From NCBI GenBank assembly GCA_963748015.1, contig CAVVHE010000004.1:2157322-2221321 (forward strand): a stretch of DNA of 64,000 nucleotides. The letters are read 5' to 3'. The number at the start of each line of letters is the position of its first letter. Position 1 is the stretch's first letter. Origin of the DNA: Terriglobia bacterium (GTDB taxonomy: Bacteria > Acidobacteriota > Polarisedimenticolia > Polarisedimenticolales > JAIQFR01). The position numbers were made by a program, and so were the translations under genes. Under the pieces are notes generated by a model, which made no database searches, was not told where the DNA came from, and saw only the letters and a program-made list of their open reading frames with translations. This document shows, in pieces, positions 1 through 10,321 of this stretch.

Positions 1-1
1 C

Positions 2-340
2 GTGGCCCTGGCCCCGCCGGACGCCTACGACCGGGTCGAGCAGCTCGGCTTCGAGCTCGCGTCCGACTCGACGATGGTCGTGATCCTGTCGAAGATCGGC
101 GGCGACGGATCGGGCGGGACGCTCAAGCCCGTGGTCGAGATGCTGGCCAAGGATCCCGTCGCCGTGAGCGGCGTGGGCGACGAGGCCTACTCGTTCCTCG
201 GCGGCGTGGCGTTCGCCTTCCGCAAGGGCAAGGCCACCTACCAGATGATGAGCGGCCTCGACCTCGCGAACGGCGCGAAGCCGTTCCTGACGAAGGACCA
301 GCTCGCCGCGTTGGCGAAGGTCGTCTGCAGCCGGCTCTAG
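2..340 (+). CDS. hypothetical protein, 5'-truncated by window edge
   Basis: Open frame with GC3-biased codons ending TAG at 338-340; no recognisable motif. Confidence 0.6.
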   Translation: MALAPPDAYDRVEQLGFELASDSTMVVILSKIGGDGSGGTLKPVVEMLAKDPVAVSGVGDEAYSFLGGVAFAFRKGKATYQMMSGLDLANGAKPFLTKDQLAALAKVVCSRL

Positions 341-361
341 GTAGGTATGGGACGCCCCGCT

Positions 362-1066
362 CTAGCCCGCTAGCATCTCGCCGAGCCAGATGTCGTGGAG
401 GGCGTGCCGCACGAGCGAGTGCAGGTGCAGCAGGCCGCGGTCCGCGAGCGAGACGTAAGGCTGCACGCCGCACGCCATGACCGCCGCGGAGATCTCGGGG
501 TCGTCGTCGTCGTCGACCACGAAGCAGCGCGTCGCCGGGTTCGCCGCGGCGAAACCGGCGAGCGCGTCCCAGAACGCCGGGTCCTTGTGGCAGGAGACCG
601 ACGCGAGGAGGATCTCCGGCGCGCGCGCGGGCAGCGCGTTCGAATACGGCTCGAGGCGCGCCCACTCGTCCGAGAGGAGGTACCGGAGGTACGGGTGGTC
701 CGCCGCCACGCTGGGCCGGTGAAGCGCCTTCGAGACGACGGCAGGCACCGGCCGGATCCTCGGGTCGAACACGAAGTCCGCTCCGGCCGCGAGGGCCTGC
801 TCCTTCTCGGTCAGGAACGCGCCCGCGAAGAGCAGGCGTCCCCGGAACCCCTCCCGCCGGAGCGCGGCCACCGCCGCGATGCGGCGGTCGTGCTCGGTGA
901 TCGGCCCCGGCAGGATCACCGCCACGGAGAATCCCCCGTCGCGCGCGCGCGATGCGAGGCCGGCAGCGCCTTGGACGGCGATGGGCTCGAGCGCGCCTGC
1001 GTGGAGCGCGGCGCCGACCCCGTCGAGGTCCTTCCCCTCTCCGTAGAGCAGGATCCTGTCGGCCAC
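362..1066 (-). CDS. hypothetical protein, possibly two degenerate receiver-like domains
   Basis: GTG at 1066, 2 nt after upstream TGA; ILLYGEG...ALAAGADFVF and FVVDDDDD...VMACGVQPYV resemble REC segments but lack canonical residues. Confidence 0.55.
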   Translation of the reverse strand: MADRILLYGEGKDLDGVGAALHAGALEPIAVQGAAGLASRARDGGFSVAVILPGPITEHDRRIAAVAALRREGFRGRLLFAGAFLTEKEQALAAGADFVFDPRIRPVPAVVSKALHRPSVAADHPYLRYLLSDEWARLEPYSNALPARAPEILLASVSCHKDPAFWDALAGFAAANPATRCFVVDDDDDPEISAAVMACGVQPYVSLADRGLLHLHSLVRHALHDIWLGEMLAG

Positions 1067-1068
1067 GA

Positions 1069-1296
1069 TCAGTTCTCCCGCGCGAGGAACCGGTCGTGCT
1101 CCCGCTGCAGCAGGTCGTGGTGGCGCTGCTCCTCCGCGGCGAGGAACTCGAACAACTTGCGGACGCCGGGGTCCTTCACGGTGGCGGCGCACTTCCGGTA
1201 GAACTCGTGCGCGCGCTGCTCGCGCTCCATCGCCAACTTCACCGCCGCCTCGGGGGTGAGGTTCTCGTCCACGTTCACGTCGCCGGGTTGGCTCAT
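1069..1296 (-). CDS. small rubrerythrin/ferritin-like protein (75 aa)
   Basis: AMEREQRAHEFY...LFEFLAAEEQRH di-iron helix-pair motif; GAGGAGGA RBS before ATG. Confidence 0.8.
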   Translation of the reverse strand: MSQPGDVNVDENLTPEAAVKLAMEREQRAHEFYRKCAATVKDPGVRKLFEFLAAEEQRHHDLLQREHDRFLAREN

Positions 1297-1441
1297 CGGA
1301 TCCTCCTCGCGCGGATTGTAGACCGCTGCGATCCCACGGCGTCCTCCTCCGGCGGGCCGGGCTCGGGTCGCCGGGGATGCGTCGCTTCCCCAGGGCGCAG
1401 GAGTATAGACGAGCCTGGCCCCTAGGCGACGAGGCGCCCGC

Positions 1442-1470
1442 TTGACTTCCCGGAGATACGAGACGATAAT
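1442..1470 (+). promoter_or_regulatory. sigma70-type promoter of the kinase gene
   Basis: TTGACT-N17-GATAAT about 50 nt upstream of ATG 1522. Confidence 0.5.
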
Positions 1471-1521
1471 TGTCTTGTTTTGATTGCCGCACGGCCCGGA
1501 TTCGGCGATGCGCAGGGGTAG

Positions 1522-4185
1522 ATGACGCTCGCAACTGGAACACGCCTCGGCCCCTACGAGATCCTCGGCCAGCTCGGCGCGGGTGGGATGGGCGAGGTCT
1601 GGCGCGCGAGGGATGCCGCGCTCGACCGCGAGATAGCGATCAAGATCCTCCCGGCGTCGGTCGCGGGACAACCCGAGCGGCTCGCGCGGTTCGATCGGGA
1701 GGCGAGGGTGCTCGCCTCCCTGAACCATCCGAACATCGCCGGCATCTACGGCTTCCACGAGAGCCCCCCCTCGACGGGCTCGGGGCAGGCGGTTCGGTTC
1801 CTCGCGATGGAGCTGGTGCCGGGCGAGGACCTGTCCGACCGGATCGCGCGCGGGGCGCTCCCCGTGGAGGAGGCGATCGAGATCGCGCGCCAGGTCGCCG
1901 AGGCGCTCGAGACGGCGCACGAGCAGGGGATCGTCCACCGCGACCTCAAGCCCGCGAACGTCCGCGTCACGCCGGGGGGCCAGGTCAAGGTTCTCGATTT
2001 CGGCCTGGCGAAGGCACTCGATCCCGGCGCCGCCATGGCCGGTGACGACATCGCGATGTCGCCGACGATCACCTCCCTCGGAACCGTCGCGGGTGTGCTC
2101 CTCGGCACCGCGGCCTACATGAGCCCCGAGCAGGCCCGGGGGAAGCCCGCCGACCGGCGCGCGGACATCTGGGCGTTCGGCGTCATCCTCTTCGAGATGC
2201 TCACGGGCTCGCGCCTCTTCGCCGGCGAGACCGTCTCCGACACGCTCGCGGCGATCCTCAAGACCGATCTCGACTTCGGCGCGCTCCCCCCGGTCACGCC
2301 GCCCGCGGTCCGAAACCTCGTCAGGCGCTGCCTCGAGCGGGACCCCCGCCAGCGACTCCGGGACATCGGGGAGGCGAGGGTGCTCCTCTCGGGAGGACTC
2401 GAGGCCGGGGCGCCGCCCGCGCGGCCCACCGCGCGCTCCCGCGCCTCGCTCGCGTGGGGTCTCTTCGCGATCGCGGCCGTCGCGGCGGCGGCGCTCGGCG
2501 CTGCCTTCTGGCTTCGCCCCGCCGCGCCGGCGCGCGGGGCCAAGCTCCACGTACGGAAGTTCACCATCGAGACGGCGGTCGTCCCCGCGGACAACACGCG
2601 ATCCGTCGAGATCTCTCCCGATGGAACGCGCCTCGTGTTCGAGTCGGATCGCGGGATCGAGCTCCGCGACATGGGCGAGACTTCCCCGCACCTGCTCGTC
2701 CCCGCCGCGGACCTCCCCGCCCGCCAGAAGAAGGCGACGCCGTTCTGGTCGCGCGACGGCGCGACGATCGGCTACGCGTCGGGCGGCAGCCTGTGGAAGA
2801 TCCCCGCGACCGGAGGCTCGCCGACGGTCGTCTGCAAGCTGCCGGGCGATTGGAACGGCGGCGTCTGGCTTTCCGATGACCGCATCGCCTTCGCGACGAC
2901 GCGGGGACCGATGTATCGCGTGGCTGCCCGCGGCGGCGACCCGGAGATTCTGCTGCCCCTCGCGGAGAAGGGAGAGCTCGATTTCCACCAGCCGAGCGTT
3001 CTTCCCGACGGGGAGAGCCTCCTTTACACGGTTCACCGCAACGCCGGCGTGGACACGATCGAGATGCTCCGCGGCGGGAAGAGAACGGTCGTGCTTCGCG
3101 TCGATCCCGGTCGCGCCAACGTCCAGGACAGCCCGCACGTCGTCAACGTTCCGTACTACTCTCCCAGCGGCCACGTCCTTTACCAGCGGCACCTGGGCAA
3201 TCCTGGGCTCTGGGCGGTGCCGTTCTCGGTCCAGAAGGGAGCGACGACGGGAGAGCCGTTCCTCGTCGCGGCGGGCATGGGTTTCCCCTCGGTCGCAGTC
3301 GACGGAACGGTCGTCTGCGCGGGGCTTCCCCGGGCGGGTGCCGGCCAGCTGATCCTGGTTGGGAGGGACGGTGCGATCGAGCGCGCGCTCGGCGAGCCGA
3401 TGCCCGAGCTCGGATCGCCGAGCTTCTCTCCCGACGGCCGGCGGCTTCTGTTTGCCGCCGCCGAACAGCAGTCACGCGATCTGTACCTGTGGGACATCGA
3501 CGAGGGACGGAAGACCCGGCTGACCACGACGCCGGAGCCGGAGGACGATCCGGTCTGGATTCCCGGCGGCGACCGGATCGCGTTCAGCGCTCCCGCGGAA
3601 ACCTGCCGCTCGGTGTTCGCCATGAACGCCGACGGAACCGGCGCGCGCGAGCTGCTCGCGAAGTCGGCCACGTCCGCGTGCTTCCATCCCGGCGGCAAGG
3701 AGTTCGTCTACGAGACGTTTTGCGAGGATCGGCGCGGCCTCAACCGAATGGTCGTCGGATCGGGCGCCCCGGTTCCCCTCGTGGACGCCCCGGCGGGAAT
3801 CGACTCCCCGGCCCTCTCGCCGGACGGGCGGTACCTCGCGTATCGCAACTGGGAGGGAGGGAACCCGCAGATCTACGTCTCGCGCTATCCGAGCATGGAC
3901 GGCCGCTGGTTCGTCGCGACGACGTATTCGCCGCCGCGCTGGGCCTCGGGAGGGTCGGAGATCCTCTGCGTCGATGGCCAGTCCGGGCGCATGATCTCGG
4001 TTCCCGTCCGGCTGGATCCCGTCTTCTCGACCGGGACGCCGCGCCCGCTGTTCGACGCCGCCGCGCTCGCCGAGCCGTCGGCGCGGTTCGACGTTTCTCC
4101 GGACGGCAAGCGATTCGTGCTCGTCCGGGAGAAAGAGGGAGATCACCCCGAGCGGCGCATCCTCGTCATCGAAAACGCGTTTTGA
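1522..4185 (+). CDS. Hanks-type Ser/Thr kinase with TM helix and C-terminal TolB/PD40 beta-propeller repeats
   Basis: LGAGGMGEVW, AIK, HRDLKPAN, DFG, YMSPE motifs; repeated SPDG. Confidence 0.95.
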   Translation: MTLATGTRLGPYEILGQLGAGGMGEVWRARDAALDREIAIKILPASVAGQPERLARFDREARVLASLNHPNIAGIYGFHESPPSTGSGQAVRFLAMELVPGEDLSDRIARGALPVEEAIEIARQVAEALETAHEQGIVHRDLKPANVRVTPGGQVKVLDFGLAKALDPGAAMAGDDIAMSPTITSLGTVAGVLLGTAAYMSPEQARGKPADRRADIWAFGVILFEMLTGSRLFAGETVSDTLAAILKTDLDFGALPPVTPPAVRNLVRRCLERDPRQRLRDIGEARVLLSGGLEAGAPPARPTARSRASLAWGLFAIAAVAAAALGAAFWLRPAAPARGAKLHVRKFTIETAVVPADNTRSVEISPDGTRLVFESDRGIELRDMGETSPHLLVPAADLPARQKKATPFWSRDGATIGYASGGSLWKIPATGGSPTVVCKLPGDWNGGVWLSDDRIAFATTRGPMYRVAARGGDPEILLPLAEKGELDFHQPSVLPDGESLLYTVHRNAGVDTIEMLRGGKRTVVLRVDPGRANVQDSPHVVNVPYYSPSGHVLYQRHLGNPGLWAVPFSVQKGATTGEPFLVAAGMGFPSVAVDGTVVCAGLPRAGAGQLILVGRDGAIERALGEPMPELGSPSFSPDGRRLLFAAAEQQSRDLYLWDIDEGRKTRLTTTPEPEDDPVWIPGGDRIAFSAPAETCRSVFAMNADGTGARELLAKSATSACFHPGGKEFVYETFCEDRRGLNRMVVGSGAPVPLVDAPAGIDSPALSPDGRYLAYRNWEGGNPQIYVSRYPSMDGRWFVATTYSPPRWASGGSEILCVDGQSGRMISVPVRLDPVFSTGTPRPLFDAAALAEPSARFDVSPDGKRFVLVREKEGDHPERRILVIENAF

Positions 4186-4200
4186 TCCCGCCCCCCGCGC

Positions 4201-5031
4201 CTAAGCGCGCACGGCCCGGTAGGTGACCGACCGGACCTTCCCCGCGAGATCGCCGATATTCAGTCCGGTCTCCCCCATCTTGCGCAGCAGGTCGTCGGGG
4301 AGCGCGTCCTCGCCGAGCGCGGCGATGTAGTCCACGTCCTTGAGGAGCTCCGCGGGGGCGAAGCCGGCCGCCTCGATCGCAGCGAAGTACGGCTCGCGGC
4401 GCATCGCGCCCGCGATGCAGCCGACGTACGCCTCGACGTCCTCGCGGACGACCGCCGGGAGATCGCCGTCGAGGATGATGTCCGAGACGACCATCCTCCC
4501 TCCCCGGCGGAGCACGCGCGCCGCTTCGCGGAAGACCTCCGACTTGTCCGGAGCGAGGTTGATGACGCAGTTGCTCGTCACGGCGTCGGCGCTGGCCGTC
4601 TCGACCGGGAGCGCCTCGAGCCGCCCCTCCCGGAACTCGACCCACGGCAGCCCCGCCTTGACGGCGTTCGCCCGGGCGCGCTCCAGCATCGCGGGGGTCA
4701 TGTCGACGCCGATCACCTTCCCGCCCGGCCCGACCTCTCGCGCCGCGAGGAAGGCGTCGAAGCCGGCGCCGGACCCGAGGTCCACGACCGTTTCCCCCGC
4801 CCGCAGCCCGAGGAAGCCGACCGGCGCGCCGCACCCGAGGCCCAGGTTCGCGCCGTCGGGCGCGAGCGAGAGCGCCCCCTCGTCGTAGCCTATGCGCCTC
4901 GCGACGTCATCCGGCGTCGCGCCTTCCGCGGTCGTCCCGCAGGAGCAGCCGCAGTCGCCAAGCTCGGCGATTCGCGCGTACCGCTCGCGGACCTTCACGA
5001 CGATTTCTTCCTTGGCTTCCTTGTCTTCCAT
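4201..5031 (-). CDS. arsM: arsenite S-adenosylmethionine methyltransferase
   Basis: LGLGCG, VVDLGSGAG, SNCVINL, GCIAGA (conserved ArsM Cys); ars operon context. Confidence 0.92.
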   Translation of the reverse strand: MEDKEAKEEIVVKVRERYARIAELGDCGCSCGTTAEGATPDDVARRIGYDEGALSLAPDGANLGLGCGAPVGFLGLRAGETVVDLGSGAGFDAFLAAREVGPGGKVIGVDMTPAMLERARANAVKAGLPWVEFREGRLEALPVETASADAVTSNCVINLAPDKSEVFREAARVLRRGGRMVVSDIILDGDLPAVVREDVEAYVGCIAGAMRREPYFAAIEAAGFAPAELLKDVDYIAALGEDALPDDLLRKMGETGLNIGDLAGKVRSVTYRAVRA

Positions 5032-5095
5032 GGCGTTTCCTTTCTCTCCGAAGGACCTGTGATCCCGCAGGCCACGCACGGCTCGCGGCTCCGTT

Positions 5096-5359
5096 TCAGC
5101 CTCGAACCTCCCTTGGCGGCGGCGGTCGTCGAGCCACGAAGCCACTTCGGCCTCGCTCGGGAACTCGCCCCGAGCAGACCACCTTCTCGTCGATCACGAG
5201 GCCGGGCGTGGCCAGGATCGCGTACTTCGCGATCTCCTTGAAGTCCGTAACCTTCTCCACCGTGGCCTCGACGCCCAGCGCCGAGACGGTCTTCGACGCG
5301 ATCTTCTCGAGGTTCCGGCAGTTGGGACAACCTGGACCCAGGACCTTGATCTTCATCAT
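5096..5359 (-). CDS. small redox-active disulfide thioredoxin-like protein (ArsE-like); probable frameshift near 5160
   Basis: [13 protein letters not shown]...ATPGLVIDEKVVCSGRVP; the expected ending SEAEVASWL lies in an adjacent frame. Confidence 0.8.
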   Translation of the reverse strand: MMKIKVLGPGCPNCRNLEKIASKTVSALGVEATVEKVTDFKEIAKYAILATPGLVIDEKVVCSGRVPERGRSGFVARRPPPPREVRG

Positions 5360-5784
5360 GTCCGCTCCTCTCCTTCGGGAACGCGCTCGCCGAGAAATGA
5401 CGCGATGCGGCGGCGCAGCTCGTCGCGGATCTCCCGGAACGCCGCCAGTCGCCGCTCGTCCGAGCCAAGGACGGCCGCGGGGTCGGACAAGCCCCAGTGG
5501 ATTCGCCTCGCGCTGCCGAGGTATACGGGGCAGACCTCCTCGGCGCACAACGTGATCACCGTGTCGACCTCGGAGGCGGGGACCTCGGCGACCGCCTTGG
5601 AGCGGTGGCTCGAGATGTCGACTCCGATCTCCCGCAGCACGGCGATTGCCTCGGGCCTGACGCGAGTCGGGCTCGACCCGGCGGACCAGATCCGAAGGCC
5701 CGCGGGCGCCATGGACCTCGCGATCCCCTCCGCCATCTGGCTCCGTGCCGAGTTCGCGACGCACAGGAACAGGATGCCCTTCAT
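5356..5784 (-). CDS. arsC: arsenate reductase, LMW-PTP/thioredoxin-coupled type
   Basis: [15 protein letters not shown] (CX5R), [12 protein letters not shown] motif; ATGA overlap with acr3. Confidence 0.93.
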   Translation of the reverse strand: MKGILFLCVANSARSQMAEGIARSMAPAGLRIWSAGSSPTRVRPEAIAVLREIGVDISSHRSKAVAEVPASEVDTVITLCAEEVCPVYLGSARRIHWGLSDPAAVLGSDERRLAAFREIRDELRRRIASFLGERVPEGEERT

Positions 5785-6884
5785 ATCATCGCGCCTCCGG
5801 TGGCTATCGCCGGGTCCTTCGGGTAGTAGCGGCGCCCCAGCCGGAGCGCGACGTTGACGAGGCCGATCAGCACCGGCACCTCGACGAGCGGCCCGATGAC
5901 CGCGGCGAACGCCGCGCCGTGATCGATGCCGAACGTCGCGATCGCCACGGCGATCGCCAGCTCGAAGTTGTTCGAGGCGGCGGTGAAGCACAGGGTCGCC
6001 GTCTGGCCGTACGTCGCCCCGACCTTCCTGCTCATCAAGAACGAGACGAAGAACATGAGCACGAAGTAGACGAGCAGCGGGATCGCGATCCGCACCACGT
6101 CGAGCGGGAGCTGCACGATGTACTCGCCCTTGAGCGAGAACATCACCACGATGGTGAAGAGCAGCGCGACAAGGGTGATCGGGCTGATCTTCGGGATGAA
6201 CTTCTCGTGGTACCACTTCTTGTCCTTCACCCGGAGGAGCGTGAATCGCGTGATCACCCCGGCGAGGAACGGGATGCCGAGGTAGATGAAGACGCTCTTG
6301 GCGATCTCCCCGATCGTGACGTGGACCGCCACCCCCTCGAGGCCGAACCAGGTGGGGAGGACCGTGATGAAGAGGTAGGCGTAGACCGAATAGAAGAGGA
6401 CCTGGAAGATCGAGTTGAACGCCACGAGCCCCGCGCAGTACTCGGTGTCGCCTCTGGCCAGGTCGTTCCAGACGATGACCATCGCGATGCAGCGGGCCAG
6501 CCCGATCATGATCAGCCCCACCATGTACTCGGGCTTGTCGCGAAGGAACAGCACGGCCAGCGCGAACATCAGGATCGGGCCGACGATCCAGTTCTGGACG
6601 AGGGAGAGCGCGAGCACCTTGAGGTTCCGGAAGACCGGCCCCATCTCCTCGTACCGGACCTTGGCCAGCGGCGGGTACATCATCAGGATGAGCCCGATGG
6701 CGATCGGGATCGAGGTGGTGCCGACGCTGAACCGGTTCAGGAAGGGCACGATCCCCGGAACCGCGTACCCCGCGCCGACGCCGATCGCCATGGCGACGAA
6801 GATCCAGACGGTCAGATACCGGTCGAGGAACGAGAGACGGCGGGTCACGCCGCCGGCCGCCGAAGCTCGAGTCCCGTCGGTCAT
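5781..6884 (-). CDS. acr3: ACR3-family arsenite efflux transporter
   Basis: [41 protein letters not shown]. Confidence 0.96.
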   Translation of the reverse strand: MTDGTRASAAGGVTRRLSFLDRYLTVWIFVAMAIGVGAGYAVPGIVPFLNRFSVGTTSIPIAIGLILMMYPPLAKVRYEEMGPVFRNLKVLALSLVQNWIVGPILMFALAVLFLRDKPEYMVGLIMIGLARCIAMVIVWNDLARGDTEYCAGLVAFNSIFQVLFYSVYAYLFITVLPTWFGLEGVAVHVTIGEIAKSVFIYLGIPFLAGVITRFTLLRVKDKKWYHEKFIPKISPITLVALLFTIVVMFSLKGEYIVQLPLDVVRIAIPLLVYFVLMFFVSFLMSRKVGATYGQTATLCFTAASNNFELAIAVAIATFGIDHGAAFAAVIGPLVEVPVLIGLVNVALRLGRRYYPKDPAIATGGAMI

Positions 6885-6913
6885 CGAGTGCCTCCCCAGG
6901 AGCCGTCAGTGGC

Positions 6914-7606
6914 TCAGCTGCCGAATTCGAAGAACCGTCCGATCACGATATAGACGCCGGCCAGGATGAAGATCGCGCCGGTCGCCGGCTTCGCCCACCG
7001 CTCGATCCGCGCCAGCAGGTCGAATGTGCGGCCCACGAAGCCGATCCCGAGAGCGATCGCGATCGCGACGGCGAGAACGGGAAGCCCCGTTCCGATCCCG
7101 AACAGCGCGGGAAGCGCCACGGGCGACCGGGCGCTGACCGACAGCGGAATCAGGCTCCCGAAGAACAGCCCCGCGGATACCGGGCAGAACGAGAGCGCGA
7201 ACAGCATGCCGAGGAGACCCGCCCCGGCGGCGCCCCCGGAGGCGGCCCGCTTCTTCAGGGCCTCTCCGATCCCCACGGACGGCATCGGAATCCGAATCCA
7301 GCCGAGGACGAGGACCCCGATGACGATGAGAAGGGGGCCCAGAATCCGGTTCGCCTGCTCCTGCAGGAACCACGACACGCCGGGGATCGTGAGCACGCTC
7401 GTCACGACCAGCATCGCGATCCCGACGTAGGCGAGCGACCGGCCCAGCGTGTAGGCGAGCCCCGAGAGGACGACTCGCCCCGAGTGGCCCACGTTGCGGC
7501 CGAGAAAGGAGACGGCCGCGATGTTCGTCGCGAGGGGGCAGGGGCTGATCGCGGTCAGGATCCCCAGCCACACCGCGGTCGCCCCGCCGGCGAGGCCCTC
7601 GGTCAC
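6914..7606 (-). CDS. arsG: CcdA/DsbD-like membrane protein, ArsG family
   Basis: ISPCPLATNIAA and SFCPVSA; about 6 TM helices; ars context. Confidence 0.75.
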   Translation of the reverse strand: MTEGLAGGATAVWLGILTAISPCPLATNIAAVSFLGRNVGHSGRVVLSGLAYTLGRSLAYVGIAMLVVTSVLTIPGVSWFLQEQANRILGPLLIVIGVLVLGWIRIPMPSVGIGEALKKRAASGGAAGAGLLGMLFALSFCPVSAGLFFGSLIPLSVSARSPVALPALFGIGTGLPVLAVAIAIALGIGFVGRTFDLLARIERWAKPATGAIFILAGVYIVIGRFFEFGS

Positions 7607-8094
7607 GAGCGGCCCTCGAGATACTGCCGCACCTCGTCCTGGACGTAGCGCACGAAGACCGGCTGATCGTTCAGCAGCTCCCAGATCCTCGCCAGGTTCT
7701 TCCAGCGGACCTGCCCGCCGTTGACCAGGTCGACGACCACCACGGACTTGGTCGCCAGCTTGTAGTCCTGGATGAAGTGGCCGTTCCCGGGCTCTTCAAC
7801 GTTGACGACCTTGAAGATCATCCTGCCGTCCTCGATCTCCCGCGCGAAGGCCCCTCTGACGGCCTCGTCGGTGAACGATTCGATCTTCTTGCAGGAGACG
7901 CACCGGGTGGTCGTGCGGAAGTAGTACACCCGCACGAGGTGGATCGCGGCGTCCGTGGCGCCGGCGCCTCCGGTCGACGGCGCGCCAGGCTTCGGGACGG
8001 CGGGTGCCGGCTCCTTGCCGGCCGCGAACACCGCACCCGACAGGACGAACGCGACCAGGACGACGGCGAGAGCGATTCTCCGGTTGAGGCTCAT
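7603..8094 (-). CDS. arsF: exported thioredoxin-fold protein, ArsF family
   Basis: Signal peptide; VYYFRTTTRCVSCKKIE; GTGA overlap with arsG. Confidence 0.72.
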   Translation of the reverse strand: MSLNRRIALAVVLVAFVLSGAVFAAGKEPAPAVPKPGAPSTGGAGATDAAIHLVRVYYFRTTTRCVSCKKIESFTDEAVRGAFAREIEDGRMIFKVVNVEEPGNGHFIQDYKLATKSVVVVDLVNGGQVRWKNLARIWELLNDQPVFVRYVQDEVRQYLEGRS

Positions 8095-8108
8095 GGTGGC
8101 TCCCGATC

Positions 8109-9143
8109 TCAAACCAGCAGGTTGAAGAGATAGCCGACCACGATGATCCCCGCGGCCACGATCCCGACGAACGTCCCGATCAGGGCCGGCTTCAGGACCT
8201 TTCGCAGGATGATGACCTCGGGCAAGGACAGCGCGATGACCGCCATCATGAAGGCGAGCACGGTGCCGAGGGACGCGCCCTTCTCGAGCAGGGCGTGGAC
8301 CACCGGGATGATCCCCGCGGCGTTCGAGTACATCGGCACGCCGATGAGGACCGCCAGGGGAACGGACCACCACGCGCCCCTGCCCATGATCGCCGCCATG
8401 AAGTTCTCCGGAACGTACCCGTGGATACCGGCGCCGACGGCTATTCCGGCCAGCACGAACGGCCAGACCCTTCCCACGATGTCCCGAACGGCCGCCAGGC
8501 CGGCGCGGATCCGGTCTTCCCATGCGACGGACTCGCCCGGGACGGCCCCCTGCCCCGCCTGCGTCTCGAACACCCAGGGCTCCACGTGGCGCTCCATTCG
8601 GAGCCGCCCGACGGTCCACCCGGATACGATGGCGATCGCGAGCCCGGTGACGAGGTAGAGCCCCGCCACCTTCCAGCCGAACATCGCGAAGAGGAGCGCT
8701 AAGGCCACCTCGTTGACCATGGGCGCCGAGACCAGGAACGAGAAGGTCACGCCCAGCGGGACGCCCGCGGCGACGAAGCCGATGAACAGCGGCACGGCGG
8801 AGCAGGAGCAGAACGGGGTGACGGTTCCCAGGAGAGCCGCGAGCACGTTGCCGACCGACTCTCTCTTTCCCGCCAGCAGGCTCCGCGTACGTTCGGGGGT
8901 GAAGTACGACCGGACGATCCCGACCCCGAAGACCACCAGGACCAGGAGCAGGAGGACCTTCGGCGCCTCGTACACGAAGAAGCCGACCGCGCTTCCGAGC
9001 GGCACCGAGGCGTCGAGGCGCAGGAGATCTCGCGTCGCCCAGCCGGCGATCGAGGGGAGGCTCCTGTACGCGACCAGCCATGCGGCGAGCGCCACGGCCA
9101 GCGCCGCCCACAGCACCGCCGCACGTCGCGACGACTCACGCAT
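8109..9143 (-). CDS. arsP: ArsP/DUF318-family permease
   Basis: TPFCSCSAVPLF, SAPMVNEVA, GVPMYSN, LSLPE. Confidence 0.88.
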   Translation of the reverse strand: MRESSRRAAVLWAALAVALAAWLVAYRSLPSIAGWATRDLLRLDASVPLGSAVGFFVYEAPKVLLLLVLVVFGVGIVRSYFTPERTRSLLAGKRESVGNVLAALLGTVTPFCSCSAVPLFIGFVAAGVPLGVTFSFLVSAPMVNEVALALLFAMFGWKVAGLYLVTGLAIAIVSGWTVGRLRMERHVEPWVFETQAGQGAVPGESVAWEDRIRAGLAAVRDIVGRVWPFVLAGIAVGAGIHGYVPENFMAAIMGRGAWWSVPLAVLIGVPMYSNAAGIIPVVHALLEKGASLGTVLAFMMAVIALSLPEVIILRKVLKPALIGTFVGIVAAGIIVVGYLFNLLV

Positions 9144-9564
9144 CGAGACGCCTCGCGCGCCCCGCGGGCTTCGTACCGCGCGGCGCGGCCGCCGCGGCCC
9201 TCTCCGCCGGGATCAGCGCGCACAGCTTCGCGAGCGGCATCCTCGCGACCGCCCCGAGCCGCCGGCGGTCCTCCAGGACCTTCGGGTCCCCCACGAGCGC
9301 TCCTCGCAGGAGCCGGAGAACCTCCCGCGCGTGAGGGTTGTGGCCGGTGCCGCCCAGGGAGTAGTGAATCCACCGGCCCTCCCGGCGATCGTCGACCAGT
9401 CCCGCGGCCTTGAGGAGAGAGAGGTGCTTCGAGACCGTGGACGGCGCCAACCGGAGCACGGCCTGGATCTGGCAGACGCACAGTTCGCGGCCCTCGAGGA
9501 GCTTCAGGATCCGGGTCCGCGTGGGGTCCGCGGCGGCTTTCAGCGCGGCCTCGAAGAGGCGCAT
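9136..9564 (-). CDS. arsR: ArsR/SmtB-family repressor
   Basis: ADPTRTRIL, ELCVCQI As-binding motif, STVSKHL HTH; GGGAGG RBS. Confidence 0.92.
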   Translation of the reverse strand: MRLFEAALKAAADPTRTRILKLLEGRELCVCQIQAVLRLAPSTVSKHLSLLKAAGLVDDRREGRWIHYSLGGTGHNPHAREVLRLLRGALVGDPKVLEDRRRLGAVARMPLAKLCALIPAERAAAAAPRGTKPAGRARRLDA

Positions 9565-9577
9565 CGGACCCTCCCAT

Positions 9578-9623
9578 ATTTCGCTAGATGGCGAATTGTA
9601 GTAACGGGGTGTCCCCGTGTCAA
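9578..9623 (-). promoter_or_regulatory. ars operon promoter and ArsR operator
   Basis: Minus strand TTGACA(9623-9618)-N17-TACAAT(9600-9595); overlapping inverted repeat TTCGC-N6-GCGAA (9580-9595). Confidence 0.8.
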
Positions 9624-9677
9624 GAACGCAGCCCGGGGGGGGCGGAGACGACGATCGCGGCCGGGATTCGCGCGGGG

Positions 9678-10187
9678 TCACGGCGCGGGCCGGCGCCGTT
9701 GCCCTCCCTTTGCCGCGAACAGCGCCACGAGGACTTGCCTGCGGTGACGGAAGATGGCCTCGACGTCACGTCTCACGAACAACCGGTGGACGAGCGCGCC
9801 TCCCCGGACCCGATAGTCCACGCGATCGAGGACCAGCGTCCCCCCGTCCTGCTCGCGAAAGACGTGCCGATGGACCCACGACCGGTAAGGGCCCTGGCGC
9901 TGCTCGTCGACGAACCCGCGCGGCGGGTCCCACTCCGTGATCTCGGTCCGCCAGCGGACCGGCACGCCGTGGATGCGGATCCGGTAGTCGAGCGTCAGGC
10001 CTCTACGCATTTCGACCGGCAACGGGGTCTGGATCCGAAACCCGAGCCAGGAGGGGGTGATCGTGTCGAGGTTGGCCGCGTCGGCGAAGAACGGGAACAC
10101 CTCCCCGACCGGCCCGGGCAGCCAGACGCTCGTTTCGAGCGTCCACGCGGAGCTGCCGGAACGCGAAATATCGAGATTGCCACTCAC
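9678..10187 (-). CDS. SRPBCC-family ligand-binding protein
   Basis: VFPFFADAANLDTITP, W.TEITEWDPP..FVDEQ..GPY..W.H.H.F; start uncertain. Confidence 0.8.
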   Translation of the reverse strand: MSGNLDISRSGSSAWTLETSVWLPGPVGEVFPFFADAANLDTITPSWLGFRIQTPLPVEMRRGLTLDYRIRIHGVPVRWRTEITEWDPPRGFVDEQRQGPYRSWVHRHVFREQDGGTLVLDRVDYRVRGGALVHRLFVRRDVEAIFRHRRQVLVALFAAKGGQRRRPAP

Positions 10188-10321
10188 GAGAACCCGGCCC
10201 CTCTCCGGCGCCTCGCAAACAGGGCGTTCCCGGCCCGCTCGTCGCGATGCTTCAATGTCCGTCACCCGCGGCACGAGGATCCAACGAAGCCGGGATGGGC
10301 CCCGAAGCGGCCCGGGAGGTT

